From Octopus vulgaris (Eukaryota), in assembly GCA_951406725.2 (NCBI GenBank), contig OX597815.1:127906001-127970000 (forward strand): a stretch of DNA of 64,000 nt, read 5' to 3'. The stretch's first letter is position 1. Each line of letters opens with the position of its first letter. The notes beneath the pieces were generated by a model. That model ran no database searches. It saw only the letters and a list, made by a program, of their open reading frames with translations, and was not told the origin of the DNA. Of this stretch, positions 26,501 through 38,121 are shown one piece after another. The position numbers were made by a program, and so were the translations under genes.

Positions 26501-29500
26501 ACAGAACTACAGTTAAATTATATCTACTTTGTGTTTCTTATCATTTTTACAGTCTTTGTCATGCTTCTTTCTCTTGATCAACTATTTTCCATTTCTTTCT
26601 AACCAATCAAATCATATTCACTGCCTTTTCCCTTTTTAATAATTTAAGCTAACTCTGAGCTATTGATGCTTCATCTGATACACTATACCAATATACTTTT
26701 GCATTTTCACACCACTTTTCTTTAATACAACACTTTATTTGTTAAGATTCATTTTATTGGTCCTTGAGGAAATATTGGTTCATTTTCAAATCCACTTCTA
26801 GTTTACTTTGTTTTACACTATATCTCTGGAAATACTGTAAACCTAATACTTCCTACAATAGTGATTCACCTCAAGAGAGACATGATCTCTACAATAAAGC
26901 AGACCACCTAGATGCTTCATTACTCAAAAATGAAAAAGAACCTTCCTCTGAAAGATGATGTTCCAAGTCCTTCAAAACAACCTCTCTATCACTAGTATCA
27001 TGATAAAAACAGTCTACTTTTGAAATAGTAAACATAACATGCTGCTCGATTTTAAACCAGTTTCTGGATATTTAGATGCTTTTAGCAAGGTCCAGGCTGT
27101 TGCTGCAATTATTCAAACTGTAACTCAATTCAAGGGAAAGCTGAAATCTTCACACTTGATTTTCACTTGTGACTTCATACAATCTGCAAGATATTGCACT
27201 TTCGAAATTGCACCTGAGATTTCTCATTTGTTATCAAGAAAATCTATACTAATGTCCAAGAATTCTCATATCTGACACTTTTCAGTCGACATGACTAAAT
27301 TTTGTACAAAATTCTCTTTCCTCCCCATCTCATTTATAGTCACCAAGTGCAAAACCTTCTGTGTTTACTTTAGTCTACCACCACTCTCAGACAGTGTGCT
27401 CTCAAATGGGCCTATATTCTCAATTAACCAATGAACTTTTTATCATTTTATGTCTCATCCCATTTTCAACTGAGTGACTACAAGTTTTATAAATAAAGAT
27501 AAATGAAAATGCCCTTATCAACAATGCTGTTTTGTTTTTTATTCATTTTATTTCATTTTCATTATTTATTAATGTCAGCATGTGGAAATTATTTCAAGAA
27601 GTTTTGTACATACCGGAACTTTTTCTCTGTCAATTTCTTTTATGGTAACCAAATCAAACTTTTTACATGATGCAGTATTAGTACAAGAAAGATTATCTAC
27701 TACTCTTAAATAGTTCAGTATATCTCCCTTTAAAGTTAATTTAGCGGAATCGTTTGCAGTCACTTCAACAGTTGCAACAAGAGTGCCTGAAAAAGAAAAT
27801 TTACTATGAGTAAAAATGATAGCATTAAATTCATGGTATACTCAGCATTTTTTTTTCTTTCATTTTTACTGTTTTATAATCAATTTTTGCATACTAGAAA
27901 AGATAAGATGGCATTTATTGAAAACATTTCTTTTTGTAACTGGATGCCCTTACTAGAATGATTTTACCAGTCAAGCAAACTGGAACAAGACACATTTTGT
28001 GCCTTGCTTAACCCTTTACCTGTCAAAAGCATTTGCATAAGTTTGTCCTAAATGTCTACGATTGTTTTCAGACTTTTAGTTATTCTTTGCTTCATATATT
28101 CTGAGTAATATAAAACACTCTTTTCCAAAGTCCCAAGCTACTCTAGTGAATGAAAAAATTGGGGATATGTATAAAATATGAAATATGGGCTATAGGAAAA
28201 TATGTCCTGTGTTTGTCATGTGATACATAGGACAGGCAACCTGCAACATAGACAAGTAGTTAGTGACTTCAGGATCAGGGCTAAATGGATGCCCAGAAGA
28301 CGACCAGCAAGGAGAAGAAGGGTCTGAAGACTTAAAGATCCTGCAAATGGAAAGAGATTTAGAGACATATTACTCAAACCCTTTGACGAAATAGAAGGGG
28401 ATATAGCTTCACATGGTATAGAAGACTACTGGAGGTTCCTATGGAACAACCTGCTAAGGGTCACCGACCAGATCTGTGGATGGTGCAAAGTCCCCTCCCG
28501 ACCCAAAATAACTTGGTGGTGGAACAATGTTGTTGACAGGGCTATTAGACAAAAGAAACAGACTTGGAAGGACTGGAAGAACGGTGGTAGCAGGGAATTG
28601 TATCAGACTACCCAAAGGGGAGCTAGATGATGGTTCACTTGCGCTGAATAAGGATGCAAAGAGAGAGGTTTGGAGAGACCACTATGAAAGGTTGCTGAAT
28701 AAAGAAAATGAATGGGAGAATGAGAGTCTGCCAAATGTCAACCCAACAGAGGAACCAGCTATCTGAGTTGACAGTTCCTAAGGCAATTAGAAGCATGAAG
28801 ACAGGGAAGGCCCCAGGCCCATCAGGAATTACTGCAGAGATGCTCAAAATATCTGGCAGTGTCGGCTATAGCCTCGTCACCCGTATAGTTAACCAGGTGA
28901 TACACGAAGGAATCATACCCAATGACTGGTGTAGCAGCATAATAGTCAACTGCTACAAAGGTAAAGGTGACGCTTTAGATACAAATAATTACAGAGGTAT
29001 CAAGCTGTTGGATCAGGTAATGAAGGTTGCGGAGAGGGTTATAGCCCAACTGATTAGGGAGAGAGCCAGCTTGGATGAGATATAGTTTGGTTTCGTGCCA
29101 GGGAAAAGCACCACTGATGCCATATTTGTGGTAATACAGCTGCAAGAGAAATACCTGGCCAAAGATAAGCCCCTGTACCTGGTTTTCGTTGACATGGAGA
29201 AAGCCTTTGACAGGGTCCCCCAATCCCTTATCTAGTGGTCAATGAGGAAACTAGGGATAGATGAATGGTTAGTGAGAGCTGTGCAAGCCATGTACAGGGA
29301 CGCTGTAAGTAAGGTGAGGGTTGGCAACGAGCACACTGAAGACTTCAGGGTAGAGGTAGGAGTCCACCAAAGCTCAGTCCTCCGCCCCCTCCTATTTATC
29401 ATAGTCCTCTAGGCAATAATGGAGGAATTCAAGACAGGATGCCCCTGGGAGCTCCTCTATGCTGATGACCTTGCTCTAATTGCTGAGTCACTATCAGAAC

Positions 29501-32500
29501 TAGAGGCAAAGTTTCAAGTGTGGAAACAAGGATTAGAATCGAAGGGCCTTAGGATCAACCTAGCTAAAACCAAAGTCCTAATATATAGGAAGGCAGGCAA
29601 ACCACAAATCCCTTCAGGTAGATGGCCCTGTTCAATCTGTAGTAGAGGCGTAGGTAGAAACTCTATAAGATGCACCCAGTGTAAGCTATGGACACATAAG
29701 AGGTGCAGTAATATCAAAGGAAGGCTAACAGGGAAGATAGTTTTTGTATGTGGCAGATGCTCAGGAGCAATAAACACTGGAAATGCGCAGAGACCAACTT
29801 CTGCCACATTCCAGGGAGAAAAACTAGAAGTATTGGATAGCTTTCGTTACCTAGGGGACCAAGTCAGTAGTGGAGGTGGGTGTGCTGAAAGTGTAGCTGC
29901 TAGAATAAGAATAGCTTGGGAAAAGTTCAGAGAGCTCTTACCTCTGCTGGCGACAAAGGGCTTCTCGCTCAGAGTAAAAGGTAGACTGTATGACGCTTGT
30001 GTACGAACAGCCATGCTACATGGCAGTGAAACATGGGCTGTGACTGCTGACGACATGCGTAAGCTTGCAAGGAATGAAGCCAGTATGATCCGATGGATGT
30101 GTAATGTCAGTGTGCATACTCGACAGAGTGTGTACCTTGAGAGAAATGTTGGACCTAAGAATCATCAGATGTGGTGTGCAAGAGAGACGACTGCGCTGAT
30201 ATGGTCATGTGGCGAGAATGGATGTGGATAGCTGTGTGAAAAAGTGCCACACCCTAGCGGTTGAGGGAACCTGTGGAAGAGGTAGACCCAGGAAGGCCTG
30301 GGATGAAGTGGTGAAGCACAACCTTCGAACTTTAGGCCTCACCAAGGAAATGACTAGTGACCGAGACCTTTGGAAATATGCCAAATGAAACCATAATCTC
30401 ATGGCCTATGCTAGGGGCATAACCAGCCCACTTATGCGTACCTTTTCCTTCTTTGGACACTAAATCTCTGCTTGCGAAGACCTGTTGAGGCAAGTGAAAT
30501 CAATCAAAATCAAAATCAAATTCGATGACTGGTGTCCGTGATAGCAGGGTGCATAGAGCACCATACGAGCGTGATCATTGACAGAGCGGCTAACTGGCTT
30601 CCGTGCTAGTGGCACTTAAAGGGCACCATACGAGCGTGATCATTGACAGAGCGGCTAACTGGCTTCCGTGCCCGTGGCACTTAAAGGGCACCATTCGAGC
30701 ATGATCATTACCAGCGTCGCCTTACTGGCACTTGTGCCTGTGCTAGTAGGGTGCCAAGAGCACCATCTGAACGTGATCGTTGCCAGAGCAGCCGACTGCT
30801 TCCGTGCCAGTGGCACGTAAAAGGGCACCATTCGAGTGTGTTCGTTACCAACATCGCCTTACTGGCACCTGTGCTGGTGGCATATGTAAAAGGATTCGAG
30901 CGCGGTCATTGCCAGTACCACATGAGTGGCCCCCGTGCCGGTGGCCCGTAAAAAGCACCCACTACACTCTCAGAGTGGTTGGCGTTAGGAAGGGCATCCA
31001 GCTGTAGAAACTCTGCCAAATCAAGATTGGAGCCTGGTGCAGCCATCTGGTTCGCCAGCCCTCAGTCAAAATCGTCCAACCCATGCTAGCATGGAAAGCG
31101 GACGTTAAACGATGATGATGATGATGATGTTCCAGTAGGAAGATTTTGAAATCATATACAAGCAGTCAATAGTCCAGGCTGTTAACCCTACAGTACAGTC
31201 ACTGTGCTTCTCTAATTGATTAAAGATTATAAACTATTTTGAGTACTATGAATCAAAAACATTAAAACATTAGCATGTATTTTGGCTAACTGCAGTTTTA
31301 CGAGGGACGATCAATAAGTAATGCCCCTGACCCATTTGCAGTTGTTTGATCTAGCTGAAATTTTGCATGTGAAATCATTTCTATCTCTATAGATTAAGTG
31401 GCAAATTACAGCTCTGAACTAATTGTGGTTTCTGATTTACAGGTGTTTGAACTGAGTCAAGTGTGAAATGGAGCCTATTGAGTGTCGAGCAGTGATCCGG
31501 TTTTTGTATTTGAAAGGACGCACACCACGGGAGACTTTTGATGAAATGAAAGTAACTTATGGTAATGATGCCCCATCATATGACCTTGTAAAACGCTGGC
31601 ATCGTGGATTCAAACATGGTCGGAACTCTGTGGAAACAACTCCCAGATCTGGTTGCCCCCTTTCTGCCATTGATGAGGCATCTGTCCGTCAAGTTGAGGC
31701 TGCCATTTTGGAAGATAGACGCATAACTATTCGCCAAATAGCCTATGAGGTCAAGATTAGTACCGGGTCTGTGGAAACTATCATTTATGACCATTTGCAT
31801 ATGCAAAAGGTGTCTGCCAGATGGATTCCCAAGTTGCTCACACCTTTCCAGAAGCAAGAACGCGTTGAGTGCTCGAGGATGAATTTGGAGATGTACCAAG
31901 AAGATGAGACAAAATTTTTCAAAAGACTGATTATCCAGGATGAAACCTAGGTCCATCACTATGATCTAGAGACCAAAGCCCAGTCAATGCAGTGGAAGCA
32001 CCGTGACTCACCTCCTCCAAAGAAGGCAAGGGTGCAGCCCTCCGCTGGCAAGGTCATGCTCACAGTCTTCTGGGACCAGGACGGAATAGTGATAACAGGT
32101 TTCCTGGCAAAGGGTTCCACAATTACAGGAGCTTATTATGCTTCACTTTTGAGGAAATTAAGAGAAGCTATCAAAATCAAGAGGCAGGGCAAGATCAGCA
32201 AAGGCATCCTCCTCCTGCAGGACAACGCTCCGGTCCACAACTCACGTGTTGCCAGATCAGAAGCACAGGCGTGCGGCTATGAACTCCTCCCCCATCCCCC
32301 AACTCTCCTGACCTTGCACTCTCTGATTTTCACCTCTTCCCAGCCATGAGGTTGTTTTTGAAAGGAAAGCGTTTCCCAGATGATACAGCCTTGATTTCTG
32401 AAGTCACGTCGTGGTTGGAGGACCAAGCTGGGGTCCTCTACAAAAACGGTCTCCAGAGCTGCATCAAACGATGGGAGAAATGCGTAACTCTAGGTGGTTC

Positions 32501-35500
32501 CTATGTAGAAAAAGACTAATAACTGTGCCAAGTTTCGTTGCTCTACTGCTATGAGAAGTGAGTCAGGGGCATTACTTATTGAACGCCCCTCGTATTAGTC
32601 ATTTCTTAAATTACCAAAAAATAATGTTTTCTGAATTACACTGAGCCAAGATCACAATGTGTACACTGAGTATTTTCGTTCTGCTTTAGTCATTTTTGAA
32701 GGTTTCAGTTTATTGTGCTATTGATTCTAGTACAACTCATAGACATTTAAAGCCTTTTGTTTCGAATATTATTATGACTGATTTTCAACAACCTTCATTT
32801 CAGTTGACATTAAAAAAAACAAGTTATGCATGTGACAGATGTAGATGAAAAATATTCAACTACCATGCCTCATTTGATACTTTTCTATTGTGCAACTGGT
32901 TTGATATTTGGTATAAAGACTGCTTCAACTACTGTCCTCTGGCTAAAATTTGTGGTCTTTCTGATGAATATTGTATGACCTTGTTTGTGTAGTTTATTTT
33001 CCCTTTTGTGTATGGGTATATTGTTTCTACATGACTGAAAATAGGCTTCAGATTTTATGGCATTAGCAGACAAGAAATAAATTTTTCCTTTGACAAGACT
33101 ATAGTATATTGCAGTTAAGATTATCAGATAATCAAACAGATAATCTTGATGTTGAACTGAGATATGTAGAGTCTATTATTTAAAACTTAGTGTCCAAATA
33201 AATAATGAAATGCTCTTTGTTACACTGAACTCAAGATTTATGAATAAATAATCCAGTATCATATCTTTATAGAGACATACACATGTACATGTTTGTGTGT
33301 GTGATGGGGGACTCTTTAGTATTGGTAGATAAATGCTCTGGTACTGGTAGCATAATAAAATGCACCCAACCAATGCTGTAAAATAGATGGCAGTGGGAAG
33401 GCATTTGATCATAAAAACCATGTCAAAAACATAAAAGGAAATGAATATGTGATCTCCACAAGTCACAGTGAAGTCAACCTACCAAGGTGAGCAGTAACTT
33501 TGACTAACATCAGATATAAGATAGAGAGAATTCTGTAGTCCTGGCTGAAAATCCCTAAATGCTGGCGGTGCAATAAGAATGCACCCATTCACTTCTACAA
33601 TAAAAATTAGCCCATGGTAGCTTTCCCTTCTGGTACATGTATCCTGGCAAGTGAAGGGTCATGGCAAGTGCTGAAGGGTGAGAGGTTATCATCCAATCCA
33701 TGGGAGCATGAAAAAAATGATGATGATAAGGGTAAACCCAAATTTTTAAACATCATACCTATCATGTCATGCATGAATGACCTTGACTTTAAATCTGATA
33801 TAGTCACATCAGTTAATCATTAATCTACACATGCTAGAATGATTGACTGTTTCTGTGCATTTCACAGTTTGCCTAAATTGAATAATGAAGGATTGAAAAA
33901 GCAATATATCTGTGTGAAGTTCTATTTAAAAATCTCTTACGGAAACTATTTGGATGTTGCAACAGGCTTGTAGTAAGTTTTGATTTAGCCATATACAATG
34001 TCATACATTTATGTATTATGAGCTATCATTTATGGCTGAAGTGGCATTAGAGATACATTATTGATAGAAGACTTGTTTACATAATACTCAATGCTTCCAT
34101 ATTTACATTCTGAATGTAAACAAACTTGGTTTCTCACTTATTAGATAAAAGCAACTGATTTGGATGGATTAAAGTCAGAGAGTTACTCTAGTGAATTGGT
34201 ATCATGACTGTCTTGCAGGTAGCTTTCTGCTTTGTTAACCTGGTGTATTATGAGACAGTATTTAGTATTTATAGCTGGATTGGTATTCAAGACATATCTC
34301 ATTTAGAAGACTTACATATTTCTTGATGTTTCCTCATTTTATATATATATATATAAAGGTAATAGTGTGACTGAAGTTAATCATTCTTATCTCTCTTTTC
34401 TAGATGTTTTCCTATGAAATAAATTTATATCGTGTTTTTAAAAGATGCAAAATTAACTTGATCTATTAAACAAAAATTTCCTTACCAGCGTTTTGATTTT
34501 CCTTTACTTCTATTTTTTGAGGCAAATCACTGGTGGCAGCTGACATAACAAAAAAAATATTCATATTGAAGTATCTGATATGGCATATGAAGCATTGGTT
34601 GAAACAATGAAATAGAAATATAAAGTAGTATAATTCTTTTATGATCAAATCTATAATAAACTATTTACTGTAGCTTGCTGAAAAGGTAAATGTACCATAA
34701 ACACTGTAGAACTATACTGTTTTTATAGTTTAAGACCAGCAGAAGATAAAAAAAAAAAATAAAGACTTCAAACTGAAATTAAAACTCAATTTGAAATTCA
34801 ATTCAATAATGTAAATCTCAAAATTCTAATTTCTATTCCTCAATGGGAACAATTTTTACAAGCGGCAATCAAAATTTTAATTTCTTGGATTATTCTAATT
34901 AGAATTACAAGATTTAATTCTCAGAGACTAAAATTAAAATGGTACAAATCTGAGAAATAGATGGCTCATTTAGCTGGCTGTACTCATTACACCTATGATT
35001 TCTAACTATAGATGGATACCACCAGATCTGAGACACATTACAAGAAAGAAAAAGCCTTTAGTTGTGACCCTCTTATGAGGTCAGTATGTGCTTTTTTTTT
35101 AACAATAAATCATTTAATACGTTGGTATTTTTTATGCTGCTTACTTCAAGTTTCATGCTTAAAAAGAAGAGATAACGCAAAACAAAGGAAATCTCAGAAT
35201 TAAATATTGGGTTACAATTAATCTATAACAGAATATTGTCATTGTTGATTTGCTTTCTTTAGTCAGCTCATCCTTTTAAAGGATCAGTCAATTAGTTCTC
35301 TAGTTGTAAGAAGCTTGTTTTTATTCTGAGCATGAAGACCTAAGATTATATTTTGCCTCCAATAGTAGGTATGTAAAGGAAAATTTTGCTGCAATATTGA
35401 CAGTTCAAATGGCTACATAGATGGTCACTTGCTGGTTTGGCTTTTACTAAATAGAATTTAGCTGACTAATTATTATATTAAGCTGAAACAAAATGTTTTT

Positions 35501-36140
35501 TTGTGTATCTACCTCTAGCCATTTCAGTCTATTTTGCTGGAATTCATAACAGGGGCTACAGTTGAGTTAGAGATCAGATTAGATAATTAGTGGACGCATT
35601 GGTAGAAGAATAAATTGAGCTAAAATTTTATCATAACAAAGTAAACCTTTTTACTGTTATAACAGTATTGATCACCTAGTTTACAACTGGTGTTAGTATA
35701 CCCAACCCTGACAACTCCCACCAACACAACAACCCAAACACTCCCACCCCTGTTCACTGCTCATTATCTTCCCCTCCTCTCTATCTCCCACTGTCATTTC
35801 ACTCCCTCACAAACTTATCTGCATACAATTTGTTCCTCTGTCCCTGTCAGATATCTTCCCCATACCATCTTCTAACACTTCCCTCTTTCTACTTGTGTCC
35901 ACTCACTACAATCTCTTTCCTCCATTTCCTACTTTCCTTTTGCAGATTTCTTCACTTACCCACTCACTACAATCTCTCTCCTCCATTTCCTACTCTCCTT
36001 TTGCAGATTTGTTCACTTACCCACCCACTCACCCTATCCAATCTTTGCTTCCACTTCACTTATATACACTTCCCAATAAATTAAGTGTGCCACTCCTATC
36101 ACATCTTTCCCATTTGCTCTTCTCTTTCCTTTTCCATCTC

Positions 36141-36183
<43 letters not shown>

Positions 36184-38121
36184 GTATTTAGGCATCTCTT
36201 CCACTGCAAGACACTTATTTCTGTTCCTCTATTCATACTCCACCCCTTTATCACCTGACACAAATCCACCTCCCTCAAAACTACTCCTTCTCTCAATTAA
36301 AGGGCCTCAGTTTGCAAGTTACTTGGTGATCTCACTGCTGCTGGTGCTACATAAAAAGCACCCAGTATTCCTTGCAAAGTAGTTGGCATTAGGAAGGGCA
36401 CCTTGTGATAGAAGCCATGCTAAAGCAGACAGAGCTTGGTGCAGTCTTCCGACTAGCCAGTTTTTGTCAAACTATCTAATCCATGCTAGCATGGGAGGAG
36501 AACATTAAATTATGATGATGAATGTGTGTGTGTGTGTATGCATACATACATATATATATATATCCTTGCCTGTGCTTGTGCCCCGTAAAAAGTACTACTC
36601 ACCTCGCCTGTGTTTGTGCCACATAAAAAGCACTAAGTCCATTCTGCTGAGTGGTTGATGTTAGGAAGAGCATCCAGCTGTAAAAATCCTGCCAAAACAG
36701 TCACAGAAGCCTGGTGCAGGCTTCAGCCTTGCTGGCTCTTGTGGTACCATCCCACTCATGCTAGCATGGAACAGGGACGTTAAATGATGATGATGATAAT
36801 GATGTGTGTACATACATCAAGTATAACCAGTATCTGATTGCAACCATTTGCCTGTGTCAGTAGCCATCAGCCCTTAAATGACCACCTATCTCCAGTTTTG
36901 TGTTAAATTTTCTATGACCAATGCAGGACAGAATTTAGTTCATCAACAATGACTATACCCTTATGCAACTTCATCAACAATGACTCTACCCTTATGCAAT
37001 AATCCAAAAGTGGTTGATGAACACACCTTAGAAACTAAAAGGCAGTTGTGGTTGGGTGGGAATGATAGGACCATATGCATATAAACATCCAGTGTTAGTC
37101 ATCTAACATGCGATCTTTTAAGAATGATGAGACAGGACTTTGAGACACTTTGCACCTTAGCAGCTTACTCAACCACTAAGGTGAAACTTGGCTTTCCAGT
37201 CAACTCTAAATTGATTAATAAACTTGACTCAAGTAATAGTATAGAATCCTACAATATTTTGTTAATTTTTTTATAAGTTTTATTAAGAACACTAAATAGT
37301 GTGTGTGTGTGTGTGCATGCGTGCGTGCATGTGATGTTAATATGTATGTTTAGAACAATAAAAAATATGTATGTTTTGATAGTTGTAAGTCAGTATCATT
37401 TTTGTGCAGCAATTAATATTCAGTTAGTGCTCAACAACAAAATTAACCATTAGGGTTACAAGTACCATTTTACCTCTTTCGATTTGTTCATTAGTTTAGT
37501 TTTTTGGGGGTTTTTTTGTCAGTAAATATAACCTTATTTATTTATTGTGGCTATTCTATTTAATCCCTTTTGAGTTGTAGAGAGTGATTTAATTGGGATT
37601 TGGAAGTAATTTCTATCAGGTCCTACCAACTATAAAGGCTTGAGCTTCTTTATTCTGTCTTGTTATTAAATCCTTCTCATACTAACCTGCCTATGATCAC
37701 CCCTGCTTTTAATAATATAAACCTCCTGTTTTAAAGTGATCTAATTTCAAACTTTCCATCAAAATTTCATGTTAATTTATGTATCAGATGCCAGCTTAAT
37801 AACAACAAGGTTACTTTACTATATTTTCCATTATTTTCAAAATTAACTGAAGTAAAAATAGTGTATTCCAACAGAATTATAATAACAAAATAATTAAACA
37901 AATATACTACCTTCATAAGGCTATCTTTAGCAACTGTTTTATATATTAGAACCTGCCTTAAACCATAGTCACCTAGTAGTACGTTTCTACTAATGTAGGG
38001 TAAATCAGTATTAAAAAAATTGATCGATTATTATTAAAGTTAAAATTTTCATTACTGTACCTTTAACTGTGCCGAGCATCAACAACAAACCAATGAAAAT
38101 GATGGAAAGCATCTTGCACAT
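4522..38121 (-). CDS. Spliced cadherin-repeat (cadherin-related) gene, 5' part; 8 coding exons, 213 aa in window, 3' end probably outside window
   Basis: Exons 38121-38061, 34539-34486, 27786-27614, 25193-25161, 21174-21076, 17304-17218, 15713-15702, 4641-4522 all have AG/GT boundaries and compatible phases (1,1,0,0,0,0,0). They join to MCKMLSIIFIGLLLMLGTVKAATSDLPQKIEVKENQNAGTLVATVEVTANDSAKLTLKGDILNYLRVVDNLSCTNTASCKKFDLVTIKEIDREKVPNGFVVFTPEFTDGSVGKNCILIILDENDNVPVFGSQRYKATIPENITVNTKIPNLQITATDIDENPSLKYSLIPAGQNSKGIEDYMKIEDKYNGFITVVKALDYETRNFFEYTVEVF, with cadherin Ca2+-binding motifs in the right order. Confidence 0.9.
7470..7790 (+). repeat. Adjacent tRNA-like SINE fragments
   Basis: B-box-like GAGTTCAAATTCC at about 7650; related bodies at 25700-25910 (-), 38821-39015 (+), 48450-48660 (-), 53430-53530 (+). 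Confidence 0.65.
7797..8698 (-). mobile_element. Internally deleted mariner
   Basis: TIRs GGGTACCCAAAAG...CTTTTGGGTACCC with flanking TA; peptide remnants MKFCFLLGK and RVAAKFVPHLL. Confidence 0.85.
9105..9513 (+). repeat. RTE-tail-related non-autonomous repeat with about 60-bp subrepeats and (GAT)n tail
   Basis: Repeated ccggtggcacgtaaaaagcacc units; tail shared with the RTE at 30900-31128. Confidence 0.85.
9540..11930 (-). mobile_element. Highly decayed R4/Dong-like (RLE-type) non-LTR retrotransposon
   Basis: NHLCILDDLKLHAEN...VKVFSDEAGVEFGLEKC (NHLxYMDDLKL signature); NYRPITCLLH-like remnant near 10660. Confidence 0.7.
11367..11405 (+). repeat. Short interstitial (TTAGGG)n
   Basis: Five TTAGGG units with one degenerate unit. 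Confidence 0.85.
12210..14640 (+). mobile_element. RTE-clade LINE, older copy of the same family
   Basis: NYRGINLL, IVDLEKAF, FLYADDFAL; same 3' tail ending (GAT)n. Confidence 0.9.
13553..13721 (-). mobile_element. L1/Tx1-like RT fragment nested in the RTE, abutting (TAA)n
   Basis: VRDAMAEC..DKSPDLDGLSYELYSCMPDL matches VQDAMMSCTRKKSPGLGGLPIELYLYIQDL at 63.2 kb. Confidence 0.8.
15140..15560 (+). mobile_element. LINE ORF1 (gag-like) fragment
   Basis: CCHC knuckle RRPRCYQCGQNNHLKAFCP at about 15260-15320, followed by a Thr/Pro-rich stretch. Confidence 0.6.
15702..15713 (-). CDS. Cadherin gene 12-nt microexon (PAGQ)
   Basis: atttgtttcaatttcag/CCTGCTGGCCAG/gtgagt: near-consensus acceptor and donor, frame-preserving, and a GC-rich island in AT-rich intron. 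Confidence 0.72.
17218..17304 (-). CDS. Cadherin gene coding exon 6
   Basis: tttttttttgcag/AAT...ATA/gtaagg; 87 nt; NITVNTKIPNLQITATDIDENPSLKYSLI (AxDxD motif). Confidence 0.93.
17467..18651 (+). mobile_element. Old decayed mariner
   Basis: Remnants WVPHHLT, IITGGEKLVFY and LPHHPYSTDFVPS; degenerate TTAGGT/ATCTAA termini. Confidence 0.75.
18655..20340 (+). mobile_element. Decayed Tc1/mariner of maT (DD37D)-type, interrupted by an RTE-tail insertion (about 19600-20180)
   Basis: MKRYAVIAAI...DDDPTKSMRAIAK, FSDEK-like, PPNLPDLNLM, and after the insertion ERDTN...SLKAAIV. Confidence 0.75.
21076..21174 (-). CDS. Cadherin gene coding exon 5
   Basis: ttttttaaattcag/GAT...GAG/gtaaga; 99 nt; DGSVGKNCILIILDENDNVPVFGSQRYKATIPE (DxNDNxPxF linker and PE). 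Confidence 0.95.
21537..21995 (+). repeat. About 110-bp diverged direct repeats with 350-bp period
   Basis: ggcttcctcttg...aatggtagtaa...caaacattacttctca at 21539 and 21889. Confidence 0.75.
22445..23030 (-). repeat. RTE-tail-related repeat with about 7 subrepeats
   Basis: (ATC)n then reverse-complement tail and about 60-bp ggtgctttttacgtgccacc units. Confidence 0.8.
23080..24160 (+). mobile_element. RTE 3' fragment
   Basis: KGFSLRVKSRLYDACVCTAMLHGSE...QERRLHWFG. Confidence 0.88.
24195..24546 (+). repeat. RTE-tail-related repeat
   Basis: Matches the reverse complement of 26118-26430 and the forward 30890-31128. Confidence 0.88.
25161..25193 (-). CDS. Cadherin gene coding exon 4 (33 nt)
   Basis: tattattttgcag/AAC...ACG/gtaaga; NGFVVFTPEFT, phase 0-0; fills the beta-strand between DRE and DxNDN. 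Confidence 0.8.
26118..26460 (-). repeat. RTE-tail-related repeat (inverted relative to 24195-24546)
   Basis: Closely similar over about 300 bp to the 24.2-kb copy. Confidence 0.88.
27614..27786 (-). CDS. Cadherin gene coding exon 3
   Basis: ttttctttttcag/GC...CCG/gtatgt; 173 nt; GTLVATVEV...KEIDREKVP (LDRE-type motif). Confidence 0.92.
28230..31128 (+). mobile_element. RTE-clade LINE, 5'-truncated, with repetitive 3' UTR and (GAT)n tail
   Basis: GKAPGPSGI, NYRGIKLL, FVDMEKAFDRVP, LLYADDLAL, an inserted Cys-rich (PHD-like) segment, FRYLGD, MLHGSETW; several stops. Confidence 0.93.
31301..32592 (+). mobile_element. Full-length mariner (DD34D) DNA transposon, 1292 bp
   Basis: TA-flanked TIRs CGAGGGACGATCAATAAGTAATGCCCCTGAC / GTCAGGGGCATTACTTATTGAACGCCCCTCG. 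Confidence 0.95.
31468..32519 (+). pseudogene. Mariner transposase, disrupted
   Basis: WIPKLL, QDET*(TAG for W), LQDNA, and HPP-YSPDLAxSDF across a frameshift near 32300; ends RWEKCVTLGGSYVEKD*. Confidence 0.92.
34486..34539 (-). CDS. Cadherin gene coding exon 2
   Basis: tttttgttatgtcag/CT...GCT G/gtaagg; 54 nt, phase 1-1; AATSDLPQKIEVKENQNAG (xEN motif starting the first repeat). Confidence 0.85.
38061..38121 (-). CDS. Cadherin gene coding exon 1 (signal peptide)
   Basis: Acceptor ttttctttatcttgtttcag before 38131, 10 nt of UTR, then ATG at 38121 giving MCKMLSIIFIGLLLMLGTVK+G (hydrophobic core); donor AAG/gtacag, phase 1. Confidence 0.82.

Noticed and set aside
26520-27460. Coding-like purine skew on the minus strand
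   Set aside because: Many stops and no identifiable motif; probably an ancient element that I cannot classify.
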